Assembly (NCBI GenBank): GCA_950097015.1
Contig: CATNEN010000024.1
Span: forward strand, 6,324,001 to 6,388,000
DNA length: 64,000 nucleotides
Direction: 5' to 3'
Source of the DNA: Macrostomum hystrix
Lineage: Eukaryota; Animalia; Platyhelminthes
The position numbers were made by a program, and so were the translations under genes. Below the pieces are notes generated by a model. It was not told the origin of the DNA. It made no database searches and saw nothing but the letters and a program-made list of their open reading frames with translations. The stretch's first letter is position 1; each line of letters starts with the position of its first letter. Shown here piece by piece: positions 50,265 through 62,754 of the stretch.

Positions 50265-53200
50265 ATGTCTTCAAAAGACAAAGAGAAAGACCGCAAAGCC
50301 AACAACAGCAGCTCTGGCAGTCACAAAGAAAGCCACAAGGAGAGCAAGAAGGGTAGCAAACTCAGTCACCTATTTCGCAGTGGCACATCAACAAAGGCCG
50401 AATCGCCTGTTCCATCGGCCACTGCCACCGAGGAACCATCAGCTGATCATACAGATGCTCCAATCACGAACACATCCAGTAGCCTAGAGGCGAGAAATTC
50501 GCCACCTGAGCTAACAAAAAGTGAGTTAGACGAAGGCATCTCCGAGATGGTGAAGGATTTAAATCTGGATGCAAAATCGTTCAAGGACAAAGACAAGCGT
50601 GTTCTGGCTTTAATGCTGCATAACTATCGAGAGTACAAACAGTCCAAAGGCGATTCAGGACCTTATGCTGGCATTGTGAAGAAGCTAATTAAACCAGATA
50701 GCTTGTCGCTTGAAGACATTGAGAAATATGTAACCCAGCTGCGCGTGATGCTGGGCACACTAACCATCACAGACATTAAAGGATTTGCTGAGTGTAGTGG
50801 CCTGCAAGCACTTACGGCCGTATTGGAGACTTGCATTAAGAGCATTGTGCATAGTACCGAAGCTGGCAAGCTGCCAAGTTTCGACGGCAAATCTACTCCA
50901 GCCAGTCCCTGGTACAAGGTCTGCCACAATACCTTGTTGTGCGTCAGGAAATTTTGCGACAACATTTTTGGCATGACTCACTTGCTGAAGCATCCAAAGG
51001 TGAGGCTGGGAAAGCTGGAAAGCAAGCAGGAGGGCAGCTAGGTTCTCATGGGGGAGTTAAAGGAAGGGAGAAATAATAATGGGAAAGGGTAAGAATTAAA
51101 AGAAGGGAGAGAATCGTGAAGTGGAATGTAAATTAATTAAAAGAACGGAGAGCGAATGACGAGGGAAAGTAAAAGTGACAAGAAGGCTAAGACAATAATA
51201 ATGGTGTAAAACTGTACAGAATTAAAAGGAAAGGTGGGCCTATGTATAGTGGAATATTTAGAATGTATATAGAATATATAGTGGAAGTAAATAATAAAAA
51301 AGACTAATTAAAAGGACTGACAAGACGAAGCGAGTTTCTACCTGCCGCACTCCTCCTCACAGGTGGTGTCAACCATAGTGGAGTCGTTGAATATTGTGCC
51401 CTTTCTGGCGCCCAGCGAGTACGCGGTTGGCAGCTGCATCTTCGAAATCATGTCCTCGTTTCTATTCTACTACAAGACTAAAGCGCAGGTGCAAGGCGCC
51501 AACAAAGTAGAGAATGTGAACACAATAGTTCTGCGCGCCTTCAGTACATCGCGCAATCTACAAGCGGACAGCAGCAATAGATTCTTTCCTATCAAGAATG
51601 CCCTGGACAAGACCTGTTCGCTGCTTAGTCGGCCAGAACTGTCCGATGAATTGCGTGTGAAAGTCTACGATTTGACGCGAGACTGTCTGCTGTTCATTAA
51701 CACCCTCATTGACAGCTGCGATGATGTTGATCACCGAGTGTCGGTGCGCACAGAGCTGTGGTCGCTTGTGCTGAAGGATCGTTGGGGTGTGCTTAACAAC
51801 CTGCTGGCTAAGGCGCCCGATGAATCCTGTCGCACTCAGATCGAAGTCTTTCAAGAAAAAGGCGACCAGGTGAGCGGATTGACTATTTAATCACTTTTAA
51901 TCAAGGTCTTTTGATTGGCTAGTAACCTTAGGTGACTTTTTATTGGCTAGTAACCTTAGGTGACTTTTTATTGGCTAGTAACCTTAGGTGACTTTTTATT
52001 GGCTAGTAACCTTATGGTTCTTCTGATTGGCTGGTAACCATCTTATCTTATGGGTCTTCTGATTGGCTAGTAGCTTTAGGGGTCTTCTAAATGGCTAGTA
52101 ACCTTAGGGGTCTTCTGATTGGCCGGTTACCTACTTATGTGAGGGTCTTCTTACTGTCTAACACTAATTCTAATAACATTTAGTCTTCATTTGCTAGTAC
52201 CTTCCTATGACTCTTTTGATTGGCTATTACCCTCCTACAGCCTTTATCTTTTATGGTCTTGTACATTAGCCATTTAGTTCCCCCTTCCTCATTAGTTATT
52301 TACCATAAATAAATAAATTTTGTATATTGATTAACTTTATAGAAGTTAGACGACACTTGCTTTCAAATATCAGATTTCTACAATTTTTTGTTTATTAGAG
52401 ATGAATGATACCAATAACTACCATCCAGTGTATTAGTCTAATAGGTTTTACATTAAATGCGTGTTCACTGTACCATTTAACTAGTAAAGGGCTGGCCGCG
52501 CTTAATATATACCTAGTTCATAAATATTAGCTCTACCCAGGAGAGATATTGGAGTGTTCAACTTAATTCAAGGCATTTGCCTTAAGTACGAATTCCTGAT
52601 GAAAGGGGAATTATAAACATTAAATGTACATGTGGCGTGCGCCTTGTTCAATTCACAGATTTCACAGAACATACAATGTCAGCTGAGTCATTCACAATTC
52701 ACAGATTTCACAGCACACACAATGTCAGCTGAGTCATTCACAATTCACAGATTTCACAGCACACACAATGTCAGCTGAGTCATTCACAATTCACAGATTT
52801 CACAGCACACACAATGTCAGCTGAGTCATTCACAATTCAGATTTCACAGCACACACAATGTCAGCTGAGTCATTCACAATTCAGATTTCACAGCACACAC
52901 AATGTCAGTTGAGTCATTCACAATTCACAGATTTCACAGCACACACAATGTCAGTTGAGTCATTCATAATTCACAGATTCACAGCACACACAATGTCAGT
53001 TGAGTCATTCACAGTGCGCAGATTCACAGCGCACACAATGTCAGCTGAGTCATTCACAATTCAGATTTCACAGCACACACAATGTCAGCTGAGTCATTCA
53101 CAATTCAGATTTCACAGCACACACAATGTCAGCTGAGTCATTCACAGTGCGCAGATTCACAGCGCACACAATGTCAGCTGAGTCATTCACAATTCAGATT

Positions 53201-55108
53201 TCACAGCACACACAATGTCAGCTGAGTCATTCACAATTCACAGATTCACAGCACACACAATGTCAGCTGAGTCATTCACAATTCACAGATTTCACAGCAC
53301 ACACAATGTCAGCTGAGTCATTCACAATTCAGATTTCACAGCACACACAATGTCAGCTGAGTCATTCACAATTCACAGATTCACAGCACACACAATGTCA
53401 GCTGAGTCATTCACAATTCAGATTTCACAGCACACACAATGTCAGCTGAGTCATTCACAGTGCGCAGATTCGCAGCACACACACAATGTCAGCTGAGTCA
53501 TTCACAATTCACAGATTTCACAGCACACACAATGTCAGTTGAGTCATTCACAATTCACAGATTCACAGCACACACAATGTCAGCTGAGTCATTCACAATT
53601 CACAGATTTCACAGCACACACAATGTCAGCTGAGTCATTCACAATTCAGATTTCACAGCACACACAATGTCAGCTGAGTCATTCACAATTCAGATTTCAC
53701 AGCACACACAATGTCAGCTGAGTCATTCACAGTGCGCAGATTCACAGCGCACACAATGTCAGCTGAGTCATTCACAATTCACAGATTTCACAGCACACAC
53801 AATGTCAGTTGAGTCATTCACAATTCACAGATTCACAGCACACACAATGTCAGCTGAGTCATTCACAATTCACAGATTTCACAGCACACACAATGTCAGC
53901 TGAGTCATTCACAATTCACAGATTCACAGCACACACAATGTCAGCTGAGTCATTCACAATTCACAGATTCACAGCGCACACAATGTCAGCTGAGTCATTC
54001 ACAATTCAGATTTCACAGCACACACAATGTCAGCTGAGTCATTCACAATTCACAGATTTCACAGCACACACAATGTCAGCTGAGTCATTCACAATTCACA
54101 GATTCACAGCACACACAATGTCAGCTGAGTCATTCACAATTCACAGATTCACAGCACACACAATGTCAGCTGAGTCATTCTGACAATTCTGACATTCACA
54201 ATTCACAGATTCACAGCGCACACAATGTCAGCTGAGTCATTCACAATTCAGATTTCACAGCACACACAATGTCAGCTGAGTCATTCACAATTCACAGATT
54301 TCACAGCACACACAATGTCAGCTGAGTCATTCACAATTCACAGATTCACAGCACACACAATGTCAGCTGAGTCATTCACAATTCACAGATTCACCGCACA
54401 CACAATGTCAGCTGAGTCATTCACAATTCACAGATTTCACAGCACACACAATGTCAGCTGAGTCATTCACAATTCACAGATTCGCAGCACACGTAAACTT
54501 TTACAATCGCACAGGACGCCGGGGAGATAAGCGAGCGCTTCGACTCCTGCTTCTCGAACATGGAGATGAGCGATCCGGAGTTCTGCTTCCAAATTCTCTA
54601 CCGTTCGTTGAAGGACACGGACGCCGAATGGTTTTTCAAGAGCATCCTGCAGCACATGCTCTACGTGCCAGTCAATGGCTACCAGAAGGACTATTTTAAA
54701 CTATTCGAAGAAATCATCTCCCAGCTGGTGCTTACTAAAGACGGAACATATCCGGATTTTAGGTGAGATAAGCATCTTTTTCAGCTGAGGCCCGTGTCTG
54801 CACTCAAAGCCACCTTCTTATGTTCGGTTATCTTTAGATCGCGCGATTTGCGCTCATACTTCGACTTCGACGCCATCAAGAAGGAGATGGTCACCATGGA
54901 GGATAGCGAGCGCGACCGACTGCAGGCCAAGCTGCAGGAGAAATTCAAGCTGGAGGAGTGCGAACGGGACGCCACCCTCCAGGCGCTGCGGGACAAGGCC
55001 GCTAGCCTCGAGGCCCAGTTAGAGGAGGCCAAGAGTCGACTACGCGAGATTCAATCCAGCGCCGCAGCCACCTCGACTGGTGTCGGCGCCACTCTACTTA
55101 GCGCGCCT

Positions 55109-55149
<41 letters not shown>

Positions 55150-58100
55150 GCCGCCGCCATTTAATGCTTCTGGTCCACGTGTACCGGCGCCGCCACCTCC
55201 ACCGCCGCCGCCCCCTCCGCCGCCACCGCCGCCTGGCGGCCCCGGGGTTCCGCCTCCGCCTCCTCCACCACCACCACCGCCTGGCGTTCCCGGTGCTCCG
55301 CCCCCGCCACCGGCTCCTGGCGGAATTGCCAGCCTGCTCGGCTTTAACCGACCCCCAGCGCTGCCCCACGGCCTTAAAAGCAAGCCTGACTATCAGCTGG
55401 CCAATCCGACCAAGCGGCTAAACTGGCAGTCTTTGAATCCAAAAGATTTGAGCAAGGACTCAATCTGGGTGCAGATTGGCAACGCTGAGCAGGACTTCAC
55501 CGATCCTATATTGGTTAGCCAAATAGGCGAATTATTTTCTACTAAGCCGCCGCCTAAGAAGACTGCCGCTGAGACCGGCGGAGATACTGGCGATGCCGGC
55601 GGCGGTGGAGGCGGGGCTAAACCCGCCGCCAAGAAGACAAAAGAATGCCGCGTGCTGGACGGCAAAGCGGCCCAGAACCTGGCCATCACCCTTGGCTCGC
55701 TGCGCCTGTCCTTCGAAGAGATCAAGCGTCGTATTGTTGAATGCGACGAGCAGAGATTGACCCTCAGCCATGTTGAGCTGCTGCTGAAATCCTTGCCAGA
55801 ACCCAGTGAAATGAAGAAGATCAGCTCGCTGAAGGTGGACTACGAAGATTTAGCCGAGCCGGAGCAGTTTCTGTACACCCTGGCCGAGGTGAAGAATGTG
55901 CGCAACAGATTGGAGAGCTTGCAGTTCAAGCTGCAATTCGCCAGCCAGTTGGAGGACGTGAAGCCCAGTTTCATGGCTGTGACCGATTGCTTGAAGGTGA
56001 GTTATTAGCCGCAATCAAACAGTGCTACTTGCTAGTTAGACCTGGAAATACTAAGTCGTGCAATGGTATCCGGCAATCATTGTCGTAGTAGTATAGTCAT
56101 AGTAGTATGTAGTCGTAGCTTCTACAATTGTAGCTTCTTCTATGGTAGTTTAATATGATGTTAGTTATCATAATAACTATATTAATTGCAGGAGGGCAGC
56201 GGGAAATGGCGCATCATTTGGTGATACTAGACCCGCAGCCAAGCGAGGAGGGAATTCTGCCCATTGCGCTGACTCCTGAGCACACAAGCACACAGATACT
56301 GTACTCAGACACACACTCACACATGTGTATATATCTGTCATGACTTTCTCATCGTCAGGCAGTGTACACTCTCACGGTCGTAAATTGCCCGAAAAGCCTT
56401 CTCTCCGCGGCTGCGCCCCAAATGAATGTGGCCTCGCCGCGAAGTCAAGCTCATAGACCTTGATGCGAGAGGCAAACGCGTAAGACCGCTCTGCCACTCA
56501 CCCCCCTTTGTGCGGTTCCAGTTTTGAGCCTATATACATAAACAAGTACGCGATAGGAATAAATTGTCACTGAATAAAGTGGCCGAAAATCGAAAGTTAA
56601 AGGCAAGGTTGAGTTACTGCATAGGCTAGTGAAGCAGTCCTGTCTTGCTACTGCCTCACCTGTTGCGCTTACTTTACGCACAGGTGTAGAAAGCTCTACC
56701 TGAACCCGGTCGAGCATAGGCCGAACGAAACTTCCTTCGGTCTGCGATATTGTTCCATTATTCACTTGTTACTTATAGCACTAAAGTTCAGCCTGTTGAG
56801 AAGGCTTAGTAAATTGTTATGCCTGTTTCTACTAGTAGATCAGTATTGACATGTACGCTAGTTTTGCACGCCTTCTATCCCGGAGAGGTTGGTGGTCTGA
56901 CCCCTCCCCACTCTCTGTCTCTCTGCCCGTCCCCAATAAACTTATAAGCGACATACATCTTACTTATTGAAGTTCTTAAAACGTATGTTTTTCTTATTGC
57001 AATTCAGTATATAAACATCCGTACTTGATGTTTGTCTGAGAGTCCGAGGCAGCACAGCCAGCCACACTAGCCGATGAATGAAAACACACGTATACACGGG
57101 GTCGACTCCGATTGGTAAATAGAAATCACATTCAACCTAGCCGAGTTGTGCGAGATGTACATCCAGTGGCGCGGCCGCAGCTTTCAAAGTCTGTGTACAG
57201 CTGTTCAGTCCGTGGACTGGGGTGGTGGCCGCCACAACCACCCCAACTGTTGCTAATACCCTATTCATAGCTGATTTAACTTAATCATTGAGAAATAGAT
57301 TGAGTGTCTCAAGGACATAAATCAAAAGCGCAAAGCTGTGGTCAGGTCATTGGTAAGAGTTCACCAATCTGTGTGTTTCGCAGGTGATTCGCAGCAGCCA
57401 GCGCTTCAAGCAGGTCATCCTGGCCATCCTCACATTCGGCAATATTCTGAACGCCGGCTCGCGCAATCAGAAGAGCTTCGGCTTTGACATCACATTCCTG
57501 ACTAAACTGACTGGTACTAAGGACACTGAGAACAAGCGCACCATCATGAACGTCCTGGTTGAAACTCTGGAAAACAAATCGCCAGACTGCTTAGCCTTCC
57601 CGGACGACTTTGAACTGTTGGATCAAGCTGCGCGCGTCACAGAGGAGAGTCTGGACGAACAGCTGCGCGACATTGTGGAGAAGTGCAAACGGCTGGGCAA
57701 CGATTTGAAGAGCTTCAAACCAGTTGGACCCACTGATAATTTCCAGCAGGCTATGGAGCCCTTTCACAAGCAGGTGCAGGATCAGATCGATATTCTCCAG
57801 ACTCTACAGAAGCAGATGAAGGACAGCTTTAAAGAAGTTAGCGAATATCTCACTTTCAATCCGGCCAAGTATCACCTGGAGGATTTGCTGGCGGATTTGA
57901 AAACTTTTCGTGACAAATTTCTCGAAGCCAAGGTGCAGAATGAGGAGCTAAGGAGAGCTCAGGTAAGATGATGATTATTATTAGTAGTAGTAGATTGTCG
58001 TATTTCCTTTCATCATATAATCTATTTACTATCCTCAGTTCATGGCCATCCCAGGTGTGTTTGTCAAACTCAGATCCTCAGGTGTGGGTCATCAGCCTAT

Positions 58101-58746
58101 CACAGATTCTCAGGTGTGGGTCATCAGCCTATCACAGATCCTCAGGTGTGGGTCATCAGCCTATCACAGATTCTCAGGTGTGGGTCATCAGCCTATCACA
58201 GATTCTCAGGTGTGGGTCATCAGCCTATCACAGATCCTCAGGTGTGGGTCATCAGCCTATCACAGATCCTCAGGTGTGGGTCATCAAGCAAGCCCATCGT
58301 TTGCTACATGATCTGTGTCAGGGGGCATCCAGGTTTAACCTCCATTCTCTTGTCCCGCCTAGGAGCGCATCGCCAAGGCCAAAGAGGAGAAGGAGCGGCG
58401 AGAACGCGAAAAGGCGGCTCGCCAGCAACAGCAGGAGCAGCAGCATCTGGGCGGCGTCGGCAAAGTTGGCGGCAGCTCGGCTGGCATAGGCGCCGAAGCC
58501 AACGAAGACGAAGGCCTGGTGGATAACCTGCTGGAGGCGTTGAAGAGTGGCAAAGCCTTCCAGACGCCGGGCAGAACCAGGGCCAAGCGGACGCCAAGGC
58601 AGGGCGCCGAGCGGCGCGCCCATCTGGTCAGGGCGACCTCGCGCGGCGACCTCACGGTTGGCGGCGGCCTAGACGCCGTAGTTAAGGAGCTCGCCTTTGA
58701 AGACGGCGATCCTTTATCGGTAGCGGCTGCAGCCGGAAATAATTAA
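50265..58746 (+). CDS. dia: Diaphanous-related formin (GBD/FH3, FH1, FH2, DAD; 1203 aa)
   Basis: Exons 50265-50999, 51363-51869, 54515-54762, 54838-55996, 57384-57962 and 58363-58746. Poly-Pro FH1, FH2 motifs KRLNW, LDGKAAQNLAI, ILTFGNILNAG and GFDITFLTKL, and DAD motif VDNLLEALKSGKAF followed by a basic patch. Confidence 0.95.
51912..52130. repeat. 28-bp minisatellite near the donor of dia intron 2
   Basis: Unit tttattggctagtaaccttaggtgactt, degenerating downstream. Confidence 0.85.
52650..54490. repeat. 44-46-bp minisatellite in dia intron 2, ~40 copies
   Basis: Unit cacaatgtcagctgagtcattcacaattcacagatttcacagcaca. Ends about 25 nt before the acceptor. Confidence 0.97.
56170..56506 (-). 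mobile_element. SINE family A, copy 4 (dia intron 4), with internal deletion
   Basis: Similar to 4442-4806 but lacks the ccttggaggttggccctcaagg segment. Confidence 0.88.
56515..57145. other. Unclassified insertion-like segment (LTR-like composition)
   Basis: Flanked by the 7-bp direct repeat ttgtgcg (56508-56514 and 57146-57152). Contains TATA-like and AATAAA motifs but lacks TG..CA ends. Confidence 0.25.
57163..57262 (-). mobile_element. Fragment of SINE family B
   Basis: gtacagctgttcagtccgtggactggg matches the body of 61318-61640. Confidence 0.7.
58070..58285. repeat. 32-bp minisatellite in dia intron 5
   Basis: Unit caggtgtgggtcatcagcctatcacagattct. Confidence 0.92.
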
Positions 58747-59815
58747 CCTAACCTATTAGGCGGACTGTACTAATTCCCTGTTCACATTGTCCCTGCGTGC
58801 GTGTGCTTCGGTGTTCCAATAAGCGGTGTGTTTTCCCAGTCGCCTTTCAGTATTACAATCTGTGAGTGAATGAGTGTTTATAGTTTTTTGTTTACTAATT
58901 ACACCATTTTGAATGTTTTTCGTATGTCACATTACAAATATATAAATTTCCATACTAAACAACGATTCGCAAATGCTTCTACTGTCAGTAGGGTATTGAG
59001 GTTTTGATCAATTATTCTGGTAGTCAGTCGCTGATTTGTTAGACCAGAGGATTGTTCTCTTACAATTCCAGTAAAATTATTATCAACCAATGTTTTGCTA
59101 CTACTACTCGTATACAATAAATTGTTGCCTTTTTCAACGCGCAAATCATTCCTCTCTAATCTAATCCAGTAGTTGTGGCTGCTGATCTGCACTATAGTAG
59201 ATCGGTAACGTTAATAAAAGCAATCTTAATTGCGTGCTTCCTAACTGTTTTGTTCACTATGTTAATACAAAGTGCACCTTTACTGATCTGAAAAGTTTCT
59301 TAATCTTCCGATTCGTTTGTTTTTTTTCAGTTAGTTTTTCAATTGCCTTTTTTTCATGTTTACTGCCGGGCCATTGCGCGTACTGCTGTGCCACGTCTCT
59401 GATTCATATTTTTGTGCTGTTTTTTTATCTAAAAGTACATTTTACTAATCTTTGCGCTTAACTATCTACTTGAAGTAGGCGTGTCACTGATATTACAGTA
59501 TGTTTTTGTGCAGTTAAAGAAAAAAATCCAGTTAAAGAAATAATTGCCTCCCCTGGAGAGAAATACCCACTGCCTGCTTCACAATAGCTCCCAAGCCGAG
59601 TGACCGCAGCCACCATAGCAATCAACGCAGAGCAGAAAATTTAAGCCCGTGTTCAGGAGTTTTGTGGCGATTGGTTCAATATATAATTTAGAAGATGCAG
59701 AAAATATGTGAGCTATTGATATGATATCATGATAATATGTAATAAATAATATGATAGCCGTGGTCTTTCCACTGTTAAGGTGTATTTTGAATATCTACTA
59801 TTATTTTAAATAGTA

Positions 59816-60179
59816 AATAATAATAGTAATTGCTGGAGGGCTGCGGGCAATGGAACATCATTTAGTGACACAAGACCCGCAGCCAGCGAGGAGGCAATTC
59901 TGCCCATTCCGCTGACTCCTGAGCACACAAGCACAAAGATACTGTACGCAGGCACACACTCACACAGGTGTGTACATCTGCCCTGACTTTCTCAATGTCA
60001 GGCAGTGTACACTTTCACTGTGCCTTGGAGGTTGGCCCTTAAGGGCGTAAATTGCACGACAAGCCGCCAAGCCTTCTCTCCGCGGCTGCGCCCCAAATAA
60101 ATGTTGCCTCGCCGCGGAATCGAACTTAGTGACCTTGGTGCGAGAGGCCAACGCGTTAACCGCTCTGCCACCGACCCCC
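59816..60179 (-). mobile_element. SINE family A, copy 5
   Basis: Full-length with A/B boxes and a degenerate TTA tail. Confidence 0.9.
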
Positions 60180-61061
60180 TTAGTTAATCTCTAGCTAGAG
60201 ATGAATTTATCTCATGCTCATCGGAATTGCGCGCAACATCTACTTGAATGTTTTGCTTTAAAGTACATCTCAGAACTTCCACAAGCTGCTGCGGTCAAAA
60301 CCACAAAATCGTTTTGTGCTACCATTTTGTGTGACTTCGTTTCAGTGTTTTGATCAACAGTCTTCATTCTAATAGCTACTCTATTAACTTTATTCTACAT
60401 TGACTACAGGATTTATATGACGTGTTAAGCTGTTTTTTATACACTATCGTCACAATCTGATAGTTATATATTATTCTTATCCACTTGACTTCCGAGTAGA
60501 TTTATAATCCCTGCTAGCCGGTCGCTATGTTCACTTTGGCCGAGGAAAATCCGTGATAAAAAATTGGATTTTCCTAGTACCTTTGTTATGTAGTTATAAT
60601 TAGTTACATAGTTATTTAACTTCAGTTATGCGACATAGTAGATAATAATAATAATAATACATTTCCAAGATATGAATTTATCTGCACCTAAAATTGGTTA
60701 CAATAGTCTTAGTTCATACCTTGAGGAAATCATGGGGTAATCAAATATTCCAAAGTAACTTAAAGCTTTAATTTAAATAGCCAATACTGCTTCTCAACAA
60801 TGTATTTTCGATTTGTTTCTCATTCACTCCTTTATCTTTGCCGCTCGCTTTTGTTGCTAAAACCGATTCGATATTTTGCTTTTTTATTGCTCACGTTATG
60901 CTTTAATATTATGATAGGCTGCTTAAATTCGTTTTGAAATGAAACTACATACATTTTCAGCTATTTATTTATTCTTGTAGCTATAATATTGATCATATAC
61001 ACACAGTGCTATTACTTAGTTTCAATGGCTCTTCCGTCTTGATTTTTTGACATAAATTTTG

Positions 61062-61170
61062 TGATATGCCAGACCTACTGCCAACAGCACAGGAGCCAGT
61101 TAGTGCGCGCACTATGTACAGCTTATCAGTCCATGGACTGGAGGATCGGCACTCCCACAAGAATGATCTG
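61062..61170 (-). mobile_element. Degenerate fragment of SINE family B
   Basis: gtacagcttatcagtccatggactgg resembles the family B 3' body. Confidence 0.55.
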
Positions 61171-61317
61171 TCCCAGTTAGGTCAAATAATGCGAGTGGAA
61201 ATTATGATAATGGACAATATCCTTTCCCTTTGGATGGAAAGGATAAGTTTCTTTTAGAAGTGCAAACATAAAATTGAGTAAACCGTTTTAGTTAGTCAAA
61301 AATAGTCTATCTTTATA

Positions 61318-61640
61318 ATAATAATAATAATTGATTACACCTGCCCCAATTGGGTCAGATGTGCAGCCGACAGCACAGCCGCAGCTAATGCGCGGCGCAT
61401 CTGAAGGCTGCGTACAGCTGTTCAGTCCATGGACTGGGGGGACGCCACACCCACCTTCAATTATCCCAGCTGATGCTGGTACCCATTTAACAGCTGGGTG
61501 AACTGAAGCAAAGCAGAGTTAAGTGTCTTGCTAAAGGACACAAATTGTTTCAGTGGAGTCGGGAATCGAAACCCCGACCTTCAAGTCGTTAGTCCGACGC
61601 CCTAACCACTAGGCTACAACCTCTACCCCTATCTCTATCA
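61318..61640 (-). mobile_element. tRNA-derived CORE-type SINE, family B, with 11-bp TSD
   Basis: Minus strand has tgtagcctagtggttagggcg (A box), gtttcgattccc (B box), the CORE-like tgtgtcctttagcaagacacttaact...cagctgttaaatgggtacc, and a TTA tail. TSD ctatctttata at 61307-61317 and 61641-61651. Confidence 0.88.
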
Positions 61641-62334
61641 CTATCTTTATACTGATAGTAGTGTAAAGGAGTTTACAAAATAAAAAGAACTTGAATAATT
61701 CAAATCGAAATTTGCAGCACAGTTGCAAGCAGTGTTGCAATTCTAACAATAATTCTTCTCAAACCAGTGTATTTATTTAAATTTGAATGATAATAAGAAT
61801 GTAAAACCATATTCTTGGGACAACTTGCTATATTTTATTGTGTGAATGCGGCTTTAATATTCTTAATTAATTTAAATTTGCTTGAAATATAAAATCTGAG
61901 AGTGATGTCGCATGAAAGCGTAAGAGCTAATAAAAATTACTAAATTAAACAATCAAAAGGGAAATTATTATATTCTATAATTATATAATAATATTTAGTA
62001 ATCCATGCATACATACACATGATTGTCACGAGGTAATAAAACAATGGTACATTATCTTCAGTGCGAGCGCCCACTAAAAACGATTTATTTAGCTAAAATT
62101 ACTTTAGCTGAGATTTAATTAATCGTCTAATTACGAGGATTATCGTAATTATCAATTTGAACTGACCATTAATTTGTGAATGAGAGGAATTATTATCCTG
62201 GAATGAATTGGATTATTAAAGCGGGTTTCTGGATGAAAGAAGATAAAGAGGCTAAAAATGACAATAGTATCTAAGAAACATAAACACATTGGAGTTTATA
62301 AAATATGGTAAGATTGAGTGCATTAGGGGTAAGA

Positions 62335-62680
62335 AAAGATGTGAAGATTGAGTGGAAGAGGGGTAAGAATAGATGAGAAGATTGAGTGGGTGAGGGGTGA
62401 GAATAGACGAGAGAAGATTGAGGGGTGAGGAGTGAGAATGGACGAGAAGATTGAGTGGGTGAGGGGTGAGAATAGACGAGAAGATTGAGTGGGTGGGGGT
62501 GAGAATAGACGAGAAGATTGAGTGGGTGAGGGGTGAGAATAGATGAGAAGATTGAGTGGGTGAGGGGTGAGAATAGATGAGAAGATTGAGTGGGTGAGGG
62601 TGAGAATAGACGAGAAGATTGAGTGGATGAGGGGTGAGAATAGATAAGAAGATTGAGTGGATGCGAACAAGGTGAGAATA
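62335..62680. repeat. 33-bp G-rich minisatellite downstream of the C1GALT1 stop
   Basis: Unit gagaagattgagtgggtgaggggtgagaataga. Confidence 0.9.
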
Positions 62681-62754
62681 GAATGTCGGGCTATATGTGA
62701 TTGTCGGTGAGAGTAGATAAGACAGAAGGCAGAATTGCCTATAATATAGAAAGC

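Noticed and set aside
55051-55725. Gly-rich and Arg-rich ORFs
   Set aside because: Antisense and alternative frames of the formin poly-proline FH1 region.
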